The position numbers and the translations under genes were made by a program. From an uncultured Candidatus Saccharibacteria bacterium (GTDB lineage Bacteria > Patescibacteriota > Minisyncoccia > Phycocordibacterales > SIBU01), in NCBI GenBank assembly GCA_964355335.1, contig CAYHDB010000003.1, positions 1 to 48,596 of the forward strand: a DNA stretch of 48,596 bases, given 5' to 3'. Below are positions 1-6,703 of this stretch, in pieces. Under the pieces are notes generated by a model. It was given only the letters and a program-made list of their open reading frames with translations. It made no database searches and was not told where the DNA came from. Each line of letters starts with the position of its first letter. Positions within the stretch are counted from its first letter, which is position 1.

Positions 1-1
1 C

Positions 2-376
2 CGCGTGGACATATTCCAGATCGCATTCGATTCCAAAATCTGTCCTGCTGACGCTACCCAGGCACCAAATCTTGAATTTGTCCTCAGCCTCCTGAAGTGT
101 GGGGATGGCCTTTGGATAGCAGACATAAGCCTCAGACGATTTTTCGGCGTCGTGGATGTGAAGCTCTCGATCTCGAAGAACTTTTTTCCCCGGTTCCAGC
201 ACCTCGATTTCGAAATGAGGACAGCTCGGGATGGCCTTGCCATGCTTTTCGTAGAAATCGGAGATGGAAAGAGCGAAATCCTCTTGTTTGGCACGTTCGT
301 GTATGACCCCGACGAAATCGTACACTTTATGTTTTTGGTCAGAGAGAACTGTCACGTACATCTTATATTTTTTCAT
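2..376 (-). CDS. Hypothetical protein, truncated by the window edge (MKKYKMYVTVLSDQKHKVYDFVGVIHERAK...)
   Basis: Manual translation of the minus strand from ATG at 376 stays open to the window end. A TTGACT-like -35 lies upstream (agtcaa near 426-431). It is missing from the ORF track, presumably because it has no stop in the window. Confidence 0.65.
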   Translation of the reverse strand, partial: MKKYKMYVTVLSDQKHKVYDFVGVIHERAKQEDFALSISDFYEKHGKAIPSCPHFEIEVLEPGKKVLRDRELHIHDAEKSSEAYVCYPKAIPTLQEAEDKFKIWCLGSVSRTDFGIECDLEYVHA

Positions 377-503
377 ACAGTTAGGGGGTTCAGGTCTCGC
401 TGTACGATATAATATTAAAATATAAAGTCAATGATTTGACCAAAAAAGAGTAGAAGTATCCAAATCTTTAATTTTTCCAGATATTAAGCATCCTTGTTAC
501 CAA

Positions 504-533
504 GCTGTTTTTTGCCGGTCAAAATGGTAAAAT
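504..533 (+). promoter_or_regulatory. Conserved upstream module copy A (GCTGTTTTTTGCCGGTCAAAA + extended -10 TGGTAAAAT)
   Basis: Near-identical motif also at 2602 and 5228. The -10 lies 9 nt before the ATG at 543. Confidence 0.6.
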
Positions 534-542
534 TACAGGACT

Positions 543-1547
543 ATGGCCAAGGTAAAGGAACAAAAGCGAGGAGAAATTATTTTGTATAAGGCAAAACAAG
601 GCCCGCAGGTGGAGGCGCGTCTTGAAAATGAAACGATTTGGCTCTCCCTAAATCAGATTGCCGGTCTTTTTTCCGTGCAGAAAGCGGCTATTTCAAAACA
701 TATTAAAAATATCTTTGGCACAGGAGAACTCCCCGAGAATTCAACTGTTTCCAAAATGGAAACAGTTCAAAAAGAGGGAAATAGAGCCATAAAAAGAGCA
801 ATTGAGATGTTTAACCTAGATATGATCATTGCGGTTGGCTACCGCGTCAATTCCAAACAGGCGACACAATTCCGTATCTGGGCGACGCGTGTACTGCGAG
901 AACATATCACCAAAGGATTTACGATAAACGAGAAACGTCTGCTTGAAGCCAAAGAAAAATTTGCACAGCTTCAGCAGACAGTCGCGTTCCTGAAAGAAAA
1001 ATCCACGAAAGAGCTTTTGGTCGGACAAGAGGGAGAGATTTTGAGTTTGCTCGCTTCCTACGCGAAGACACTCACCATTCTTGATGAGTATGACAAGGGC
1101 ACACTTCGCGAAGCCAAGGGCGGGAAGGGGGCATTCGTGCTCACGTATGAAGAATCCAGAAGGGTTATCACAGAAGTGAAGAGGGAGCTTGTCGCGAAGA
1201 AAGAAGCTGGAGAACTTTTCGGCAACGAGAAAGACGAATCTTTCAAGGGAGTTATCCGTGGACTCTATCAGACCTTTGGCGGACAGGAACTCTACAAAAC
1301 GCTTGAAAGCAAAGCGGCGCATTTGCTGTACCTAATTATAAAAGACCATTCATTCTCGGATGGAAACAAACGTTCCGCTTCGTTTTTGTTCGTGTATTTC
1401 TTGGACAAAAACAACGCGCTTTATCGGGATGGCGGAGAAAAGAAAATAAACGACAACGCGCTCGCGGCACTTGCTCTACTTGTTGCCGCAAGCGCGCCAG
1501 ACGAAAAGGATCAAATGATTGCGCTTATCACCCAACTCCTCCAATAG
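543..1547 (+). CDS. RhuM-family virulence protein fused to a C-terminal Fic/Doc domain
   Basis: N-terminal RhuM signature (ETIWLSLNQIA, NLDMIIAVGYRVNSKQATQFRIWAT) and Doc-type motif HSFSDGNKRSA. Confidence 0.85.
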   Translation: MAKVKEQKRGEIILYKAKQGPQVEARLENETIWLSLNQIAGLFSVQKAAISKHIKNIFGTGELPENSTVSKMETVQKEGNRAIKRAIEMFNLDMIIAVGYRVNSKQATQFRIWATRVLREHITKGFTINEKRLLEAKEKFAQLQQTVAFLKEKSTKELLVGQEGEILSLLASYAKTLTILDEYDKGTLREAKGGKGAFVLTYEESRRVITEVKRELVAKKEAGELFGNEKDESFKGVIRGLYQTFGGQELYKTLESKAAHLLYLIIKDHSFSDGNKRSASFLFVYFLDKNNALYRDGGEKKINDNALAALALLVAASAPDEKDQMIALITQLLQ

Positions 1548-1552
1548 GATTT

Positions 1553-1590
1553 CCTCCCCTCCATTTCCAAGGAGGGGATTAGGGGGTGGT
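1553..1590. repeat. Short palindromic intergenic repeat CCTCCCCTCC-N-TTTCCAAGGAGGGG-ATT..GGGTGGT
   Basis: Hairpin CCCCTCC/GGAGGGG. Closely related copies at 28966-29063. Confidence 0.7.
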
Positions 1591-1713
1591 AGCGTTTCAT
1601 TTTTTGTCACTCACAACATTCCACCATTCTCATGAATGTGAGAATGTGGAAGCATATGGCACGATGAAAAACTCTGGCTTTTTTCTTTTTCACGTATGAT
1701 AATTATTGTCATA

Positions 1714-2523
1714 ATGAAAAAGCGGAAAAACGATATTGTCGGCATGAACAAGTGGACCGAAGAAGTTTTGCGGCTTCTCGCGGAGCCGCAACCCGCGGGC
1801 GCGCCCAAAGTCATCAATGGTTTCAGAATTCCAAAGTGGTGGGAATGCGCGTGGCGTCGAATCCCGTGCAAGAGGTCAACTTGCTCGTTTTGCGGTCGTT
1901 TGCGGAAACTCGGATTCGGACCGGAAATGCGCGACGAACAACTCGAGGATTCCGAAGAAAATTTTAAAGAGATGGTTGAGGTGCTCCGTTACCAAGCCAA
2001 AGATTTGGGCATACCGCCGGAAATGCTTCTCGGTGGAAGAGAAATTACTGAAGATGATTTCGATGATAACGGTAAATTGATTGAAACTGCCGAAGAAGAG
2101 GAGTGGGAGGAAAACCGTCCACCCGAGGCGGAAACTTTCTTACTCTATAGACGTGTTAAGTGTTGGTCAGCTCCGATCAGCCGTTACGTTTATTTGGATG
2201 AACACAAAAACGAAGTGTGGGCGAAGACCGAAGCGGTCCGAGACCTAACATGGTACGCATCTCTAACTCTGAGCAAAGTCTATCGTCAACTAACAACACG
2301 GTGGGAGATGACACGAGCGCGAAAGGATGCTGACGAAGAAGAATTGGAGTTTGGAAAAATAGAAACTGTCTACACCGGTTACGTCATTCGAGAAATGATC
2401 AGTATCATAGAGCGTTCGCTTATTGAACTTTCAAAAGAAAATATGCACCCACCGTTTATGGAGGTGCTCAAAAACTTTCGTCGCCTCAAACCATCCATTC
2501 TCGCCATCGCCCCTAAAAGATAG
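1714..2523 (+). CDS. Hypothetical protein with a Cys cluster (C-x6-C-x4-C-x2-C) and an acidic linker
   Basis: Long ORF with WWECAWRRIPCKRSTCSFCG. Start uncertain (1696/1714/1744). Confidence 0.7.
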   Translation: MKKRKNDIVGMNKWTEEVLRLLAEPQPAGAPKVINGFRIPKWWECAWRRIPCKRSTCSFCGRLRKLGFGPEMRDEQLEDSEENFKEMVEVLRYQAKDLGIPPEMLLGGREITEDDFDDNGKLIETAEEEEWEENRPPEAETFLLYRRVKCWSAPISRYVYLDEHKNEVWAKTEAVRDLTWYASLTLSKVYRQLTTRWEMTRARKDADEEELEFGKIETVYTGYVIREMISIIERSLIELSKENMHPPFMEVLKNFRRLKPSILAIAPKR

Positions 2524-2530
2524 GTGAAAA

Positions 2531-2587
2531 TTCTAAAACCCCGTGAATTTGACCTCGAAACAACCCAAATTCACGGGATTTTAAGAA
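2531..2587. repeat. Long imperfect palindrome (REP-like)
   Basis: Arms TTCTAAAACCCCGTGAATTTG (2531-2551) and CAAATTCACGGGATTTTAAGAA (2566-2587). Confidence 0.7.
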
Positions 2588-2601
2588 ACCGCCAAACCTC
2601 G

Positions 2602-2692
2602 GCTGTTTTTTGTCGGTCAAAGTCGAGGAGTGAAGGCGACGAGATACTGAGGACAGCAGTCCGTACGTGTGATAAAATGAGGAAATTAAGTT
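2602..2692 (+). promoter_or_regulatory. Conserved upstream module copy B, interrupted by a 45-nt insert
   Basis: GCTGTTTTTTGTCGGTCAAA...GTGTGATAAAATGAGGAAAT aligns with the radC upstream copy once 45 nt are removed. Confidence 0.6.
2624..2668. mobile_element. 45-nt structured micro-insertion (family shared with 3442-3488)
   Basis: Absent from the homologous modules at 504 and 5228. Pattern CGA..GAAGG..TACTGAG-N10-CGTACGT, with a GT dinucleotide on both sides. Confidence 0.55.
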
Positions 2693-3295
2693 ATGAAATA
2701 CGCCTTTATTGATGTACAAAATACGGAAACTACTACAAGCAAAATGCTTGGTTTCGTCATTGATTGGAAAAAGTTGTTTTTGTATCTGAAAGAAAAATGG
2801 CAATGCGAAAAGGTTTTCTTTTATTCTGGTATACAGAACGGCGATAGCACTATTGTTTCGGAATACCAGGAATTGGAAAAACTTGGGTATGTTATCAAAG
2901 CAAAACCTTATTATGTTTATAAAAACAAGGATACGTTAATCAAACTAAACTGTCCGAGCTGTAAAACGGATATCACTCACAAAATTGACGGTGGAGTAAA
3001 ATGGAAATCGAATTGCGACGTGGAACTTTCCGTTGACGCGAAAAATCATTCCGGCAAAGACGCAGAATTCCTTATTTTTACGGGCGACGGAGATTTCGAG
3101 TATCTTATTCGGGATGTTGTCGCTAACGGCACCAAAGTATATGTCATATCAAGTCCGAAGAAACTCCGACTCGGACCGAGATATTTCGTATCGAGATTCT
3201 CGACAAAATTGAGGAATTTAATCGCTGAAAAATCTGACAATGTGTTCTTTCTGGACATCAATGACTGGAAGATCAGAATTGAGAAGAAAAACTGA
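2693..3295 (+). CDS. NYN-domain (LabA/DUF88, PIN-like) ribonuclease with a CxxC insert
   Basis: AFIDVQN, KSNCDVEL and FTGDGDFEYL acidic motifs, plus CPSC. Confidence 0.88.
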   Translation: MKYAFIDVQNTETTTSKMLGFVIDWKKLFLYLKEKWQCEKVFFYSGIQNGDSTIVSEYQELEKLGYVIKAKPYYVYKNKDTLIKLNCPSCKTDITHKIDGGVKWKSNCDVELSVDAKNHSGKDAEFLIFTGDGDFEYLIRDVVANGTKVYVISSPKKLRLGPRYFVSRFSTKLRNLIAEKSDNVFFLDINDWKIRIEKKN

Positions 3296-3328
3296 CAAAA
3301 GGAAAACGCCGTGCAGGCCGGCGTCTTC
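3296..3328 (-). terminator. GC hairpin + U-tract on the minus strand directly after the NYN stop (candidate 3' end of a small antisense RNA)
   Basis: Minus strand reads GAAGACGCCG-GCCTGCA-CGGCGTTTTC-CTTTTG. The one A/C mismatch on + becomes a G-U pair on -. Confidence 0.55.
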
Positions 3329-3341
3329 TAATGACAGTATT

Positions 3342-3369
3342 AGTATATATAATCGGACTCAAAAGTCAA
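3342..3369 (-). promoter_or_regulatory. Sigma70-like promoter pointing back toward the NYN gene
   Basis: TTGACT (3369-3364), 16 nt, TATACT (3347-3342). Confidence 0.55.
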
Positions 3370-3378
3370 TATGTACGT

Positions 3379-3551
3379 ATGGAGATAGACATCAACGAAC
3401 TAACCAAAAAGCTGATTGCGTTCCGGAAGGAAAGGGAATGGCGACCGACTGGGAAGGAGGAAGTACTGAGCAGAGTACTGCGTATGTAGAGCAATTCCAC
3501 AAGCCGAAAGATTTGGCGGTGTCGTCATTACTTGAGCGGTGTCCTTTCTAA
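3379..3551 (+). pseudogene. 5' fragment of the MazG-like gene, frameshifted by a 47-nt insert
   Basis: MEIDINELTKKLIAFRKEREW|insert|EQFHKPKDLAVSSLLE matches the first ~40 codons of 4824..5174. Confidence 0.85.
3442..3488. mobile_element. 47-nt structured micro-insertion
   Basis: Precisely absent from the intact paralog (TGG|GAG junction). Same architecture as 2624-2668. Confidence 0.65.
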
Positions 3552-3621
3552 GGAGGGGTGAAGAAGAGTTTATATTGCATTTGCCAATATAAACAAAATA
3601 GTATAATATGTTTATATTGAT

Positions 3622-4797
3622 ATGAACAACGTAAACAAACCAAAAATAGGCCGATATATAGCACAAAAAGAAGGCTTTAAATCCTTCACGCCTTTTGATT
3701 TCCCCCCAAAAAACGGTTTTGAAATTAGCCCCCGTCTGTATAAGAAACACGAGGAAGCAATCCGTCTCGTGGGGAAACTTGACGGTATTACCCGCCTTCT
3801 GCCCGATAAGGACTTCTTTCTTTTAATGTTCATAAAAAAAGACGCTGCTTATTCAAGTCAGATAGAAGGTACGAGAGCTACATTGCAAGATGCGGTTGCC
3901 GCGCCCGTTACCGAAGAAAAATCTCGAATGCATCCTGATGTGGACGACATCACTCATTATGTTGAGGCGGTAAATTACGGTATTGAAAGAACAAAGACAC
4001 TCCCGATTTCTCTTCGATTGATACGGGAAATACACGGAAAATTGATGACAGGAGCGCGCTCAACGCACCATGCATATCCTGGGGAGTTTCGTCGTTCACA
4101 AAATTGGATTGGCGGTAAGTCTCCGTCCGATGCCTCATTTGTTCCGCCAGCCCCTGACGATATGAACAAATCACTCGATGACCTTGAGAAATTCATTCAT
4201 GCGAAAGACGAGTATCCTTCATTGGTAAAAGCGGGGCTTCTCCATGCTCAATTTGAAACCATTCACCCATTTACGGACGGTAATGGTCGCACAGGGCGTA
4301 TGCTTATTGCGATGTATATTCATCATGCCAAACTCTTGGAGTTGCCGGTTCTGTATCTTTCAAGTTATTTTAAAAAGTATCAAAAATTGTATTACCAGAA
4401 ATTGCAGGAGTATCACGATGAGGATGCAAACATTGATGGGTGGCTTGAATTTTTCCTTGAGGGCGTCGCAGAAATCGCCGATTCTTCCATAGAGACATGT
4501 ACACAAATTACCGCGCTACGCGATCGCGATTTTGCCAAAATGCAGAAACTGGGTAAGAAATCCGCCGAATCTACACTGGAAATAGTACGAAAGCTCTTTA
4601 GCCAACCAATTGTGGGTGTGGCTGAAATTATGAAATGGACGGGTTTTACGGCCCCAGGTGCGTATAACGTTATTGAACGGCTTAGGGATTTAAAAATCCT
4701 TGAGCCTCTTGGTACTGCCGATTATGGACAGAAATATATTTATGCCGACTATTACAAAATATTTGACGATTCTTTTAAGACGGCAAAGGAAAAATAA
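3622..4797 (+). CDS. Fic family protein (AMPylase-type) with C-terminal HTH-like region
   Basis: SSQIEGT N-terminal motif and canonical HPFTDGNGRTGR. Confidence 0.92.
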   Translation: MNNVNKPKIGRYIAQKEGFKSFTPFDFPPKNGFEISPRLYKKHEEAIRLVGKLDGITRLLPDKDFFLLMFIKKDAAYSSQIEGTRATLQDAVAAPVTEEKSRMHPDVDDITHYVEAVNYGIERTKTLPISLRLIREIHGKLMTGARSTHHAYPGEFRRSQNWIGGKSPSDASFVPPAPDDMNKSLDDLEKFIHAKDEYPSLVKAGLLHAQFETIHPFTDGNGRTGRMLIAMYIHHAKLLELPVLYLSSYFKKYQKLYYQKLQEYHDEDANIDGWLEFFLEGVAEIADSSIETCTQITALRDRDFAKMQKLGKKSAESTLEIVRKLFSQPIVGVAEIMKWTGFTAPGAYNVIERLRDLKILEPLGTADYGQKYIYADYYKIFDDSFKTAKEK

Positions 4798-4823
4798 ACA
4801 CGAGTAGTTAGTATACTAGAGAT

Positions 4824-5174
4824 ATGAAAAACATCGACGAATTAACCCAAAAGCTGATTGCGTTCCGCAGGGAAAGAGAATGGGAGCAATTTCACAAGCC
4901 GAAGGATTTGGCGGTGTCTTTGTCGTTGGAAGCTTCGGAGGTGTTGGAACATTTCCAATGGAAGAACGAGAAGGAGATAGAAGAATACGTCAAAACCCAC
5001 AAAGACGAGATAGGCGAGGAACTCGCGGATGTGTTCAACTGGGTATTGATTATGTCCCACGATTTCGGGATTGATATTCTCTCCGCCTCCGCCAAAAAAA
5101 TCTCCGCAAACTCCCTCAAATACCCCGTCTCCAAATCCAAAGGCAAGCATACGAAGTATACGGAATTAAAGTAG
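4824..5174 (+). CDS. MazG-like nucleotide pyrophosphohydrolase (dCTPase-type)
   Basis: REWEQFHKPKDLAVSLSLEASEVLEHFQW...EELADV...K...N..KYP. Confidence 0.9.
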   Translation: MKNIDELTQKLIAFRREREWEQFHKPKDLAVSLSLEASEVLEHFQWKNEKEIEEYVKTHKDEIGEELADVFNWVLIMSHDFGIDILSASAKKISANSLKYPVSKSKGKHTKYTELK

Positions 5175-5205
5175 AAAGTATCTAGTATCTAGTATATAGA
5201 CGAAA

Positions 5206-5238
5206 CAAAAAACAGCCCTTTTATAAGGCTGTTTTTTG
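5206..5238 (+). terminator. Intrinsic terminator whose 3' arm is part of upstream module copy C
   Basis: CAAAAAACAGCC/GGCTGTTTTTTG 12-bp stem, followed by CCGTTCAAAAGTGGTAGGATGAGGAAAT. Confidence 0.7.
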
Positions 5239-5272
5239 CCGTTCAAAAGTGGTAGGATGAGGAAATAAAAAG

Positions 5273-5956
5273 ATGAATAAGTCTTTTACGATTCGTGATT
5301 TACCGAAGGAGGAACGGCCGCGCGAGCGGTTAATTAAGTTTGGCGAGCAAGCTCTTTCGGCACAAGAATTATTGCAGGTCATCTTGGGACGGGGTATTGC
5401 CGGCGAATCGGTCGCGGTTACGGCGCAAAAGCTACTGACACAGTTTGGAAGCCTGAAGAGATTATCGGAAGCAAGTGTTGAGGAGTTGTCTTCGGTTAAA
5501 GGAATCGGACCGGCAAAAGCCACCCAAATAAAAGCCGTTTTTGAAATTGGCCGTCGGATTGCCACGGAAACACCATCCTACAAAGGCAAAGAACTTAACG
5601 ACCCCAAAAAAGTGTATCGATTGATAAAAAGCAAACTCAAAGATTACCACAAGGAACATTTTTACATTATTCCCATAAACAGCAGAAACTTTTCCATCAC
5701 GGAAATTTCAGTTGGCTCAATAAACGCAAGTATTGTCCATCCACGCGAGGTTTTCGCTGAAGCCATAAAAAACAAAGCCGTCTCGGTAATCTTCGCTCAC
5801 AACCATCCTTCTGGCGACCCCGAACCTTCGGAAGATGACTTGGCAATCACCAAGCGGCTGGTGGAAACCGGAAAAGTTGTTGGCATTGAAGTGGTTGACC
5901 ACATTATCGTGGCGGGGAACAGTTTTTTGAGTTTTAAGGAGAAAGGCTTACTTTAA
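5273..5956 (+). CDS. radC: RadC (UPF0758) JAB/MPN-domain protein
   Basis: ERPRERL, HhH motif GIGPAKA, VHPREVF, HNHPSGD and DHII. Confidence 0.95.
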   Translation: MNKSFTIRDLPKEERPRERLIKFGEQALSAQELLQVILGRGIAGESVAVTAQKLLTQFGSLKRLSEASVEELSSVKGIGPAKATQIKAVFEIGRRIATETPSYKGKELNDPKKVYRLIKSKLKDYHKEHFYIIPINSRNFSITEISVGSINASIVHPREVFAEAIKNKAVSVIFAHNHPSGDPEPSEDDLAITKRLVETGKVVGIEVVDHIIVAGNSFLSFKEKGLL

Positions 5957-6002
5957 CTGAACAATTTGATTACAAATTAGAGTACTCTGCTATAATACAA
6001 CT

Positions 6003-6269
6003 ATGGAAAATGACTACATCAGATATGCATTTAATCAAGTTTTTAGAGAAAATCTTGATGGATCGCTGACCCCCATTAAGACAGTTCAGATCAATGGTCT
6101 TGTTTTTGGACCAGACGTCTCATTGCAAAAAGGAGTCGCTTTTGGCGGAATTGATTTTCATTTGTATAAGAATCGCGATGTTGCCGCAAAGGAAGAAAAC
6201 GGGATTTTAAACATTGTCGGTTTCTTTAAAGAGCCAGCCGCAACCAATTATGCCGGATCGACCTCTTAA
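6003..6269 (+). CDS. Small hypothetical protein (beta-rich, Gly-rich)
   Basis: ORF preceded by TGCTATAAT-N6-ATG. Confidence 0.7.
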   Translation: MENDYIRYAFNQVFRENLDGSLTPIKTVQINGLVFGPDVSLQKGVAFGGIDFHLYKNRDVAAKEENGILNIVGFFKEPAATNYAGSTS

Positions 6270-6612
6270 AAAATCAGAGATTTTCGATCTTGTTGAGGCG
6301 CAAGGAAAGACTACTGATGATATTTCTCAGCGTCTGGTTAAAATTGAGAGTGCTGATATTTCTCAGCGTCTGGTTAAAATTGAGAGTTTGGTTGAGAAAC
6401 AAGATTCAAAAAACCAAAACATTGTTATAGGAGTTGTTGTTGCTTTCATTTTGGTTGTCGGTACCGTTGCTGTCGAAGTAATTTTGTCGAATAGAGGAGA
6501 TGCTCAGTTCTATTCAGGCCTAGAGAAAGATATTTACGAACAAAATCTTAGAGTTCAGGATTTGAACAATAAGGTGGATAATGTAAAAATCAGAAATCCT
6601 TATCTAAAATAA
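6250..6612 (+). CDS. Hypothetical single-pass membrane/coiled-coil protein
   Basis: ATG at 6250 preferred over the track start at 6214. Hydrophobic stretch IVIGVVVAFILVVGTVAVEVIL. Confidence 0.7.
   Translation: MPDRPLKKSEIFDLVEAQGKTTDDISQRLVKIESADISQRLVKIESLVEKQDSKNQNIVIGVVVAFILVVGTVAVEVILSNRGDAQFYSGLEKDIYEQNLRVQDLNNKVDNVKIRNPYLK
6318..6387 (+). repeat. In-frame tandem duplication, period 36 nt (DISQRLVKIES x2)
   Basis: 34-nt identical copies at 6318-6351 and 6354-6387. Confidence 0.95.
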
Positions 6613-6613
6613 T

Positions 6614-6703
6614 ATGCCGCTATTTACTTGGATTGGAAAAGAGAAGGTTGTAAGCCACGATAAGGAGGTACTGTTTTGTTTACTCGAAAATAATTATGAG
6701 TAA
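6614..6703 (+). pseudogene. 29-codon relic resembling the N-terminus of a different type III Mod lineage
   Basis: MPLFTWIGKEKVVSHDKEVLFCLL resembles the MP.L.WIGK.KV..H start of many Mod proteins. Its stop overlaps the start of the intact mod. Confidence 0.6.

Noticed and set aside
5-412. 135-aa plus-strand ORF in the track
   Set aside because: It is the shadow of a better minus-strand ORF (376 to the window edge) that has an ATG start and an upstream promoter-like sequence.
2624-3488. CTGAG(G)A core of the micro-insertions as a hammerhead ribozyme or self-splicing intron
   Set aside because: There is no GAAA core or three-stem junction, and the elements are far too short for group I/II introns.
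3379-4945. Duplicated MazG segment as a DGR template/variable repeat pair
   Set aside because: Differences include C/T and G/C changes, not only adenine positions, and no reverse transcriptase is present.
5178-5196. AGTATCT tandem heptamer after mazG
   Set aside because: It has fewer than three copies and no evidence of function.
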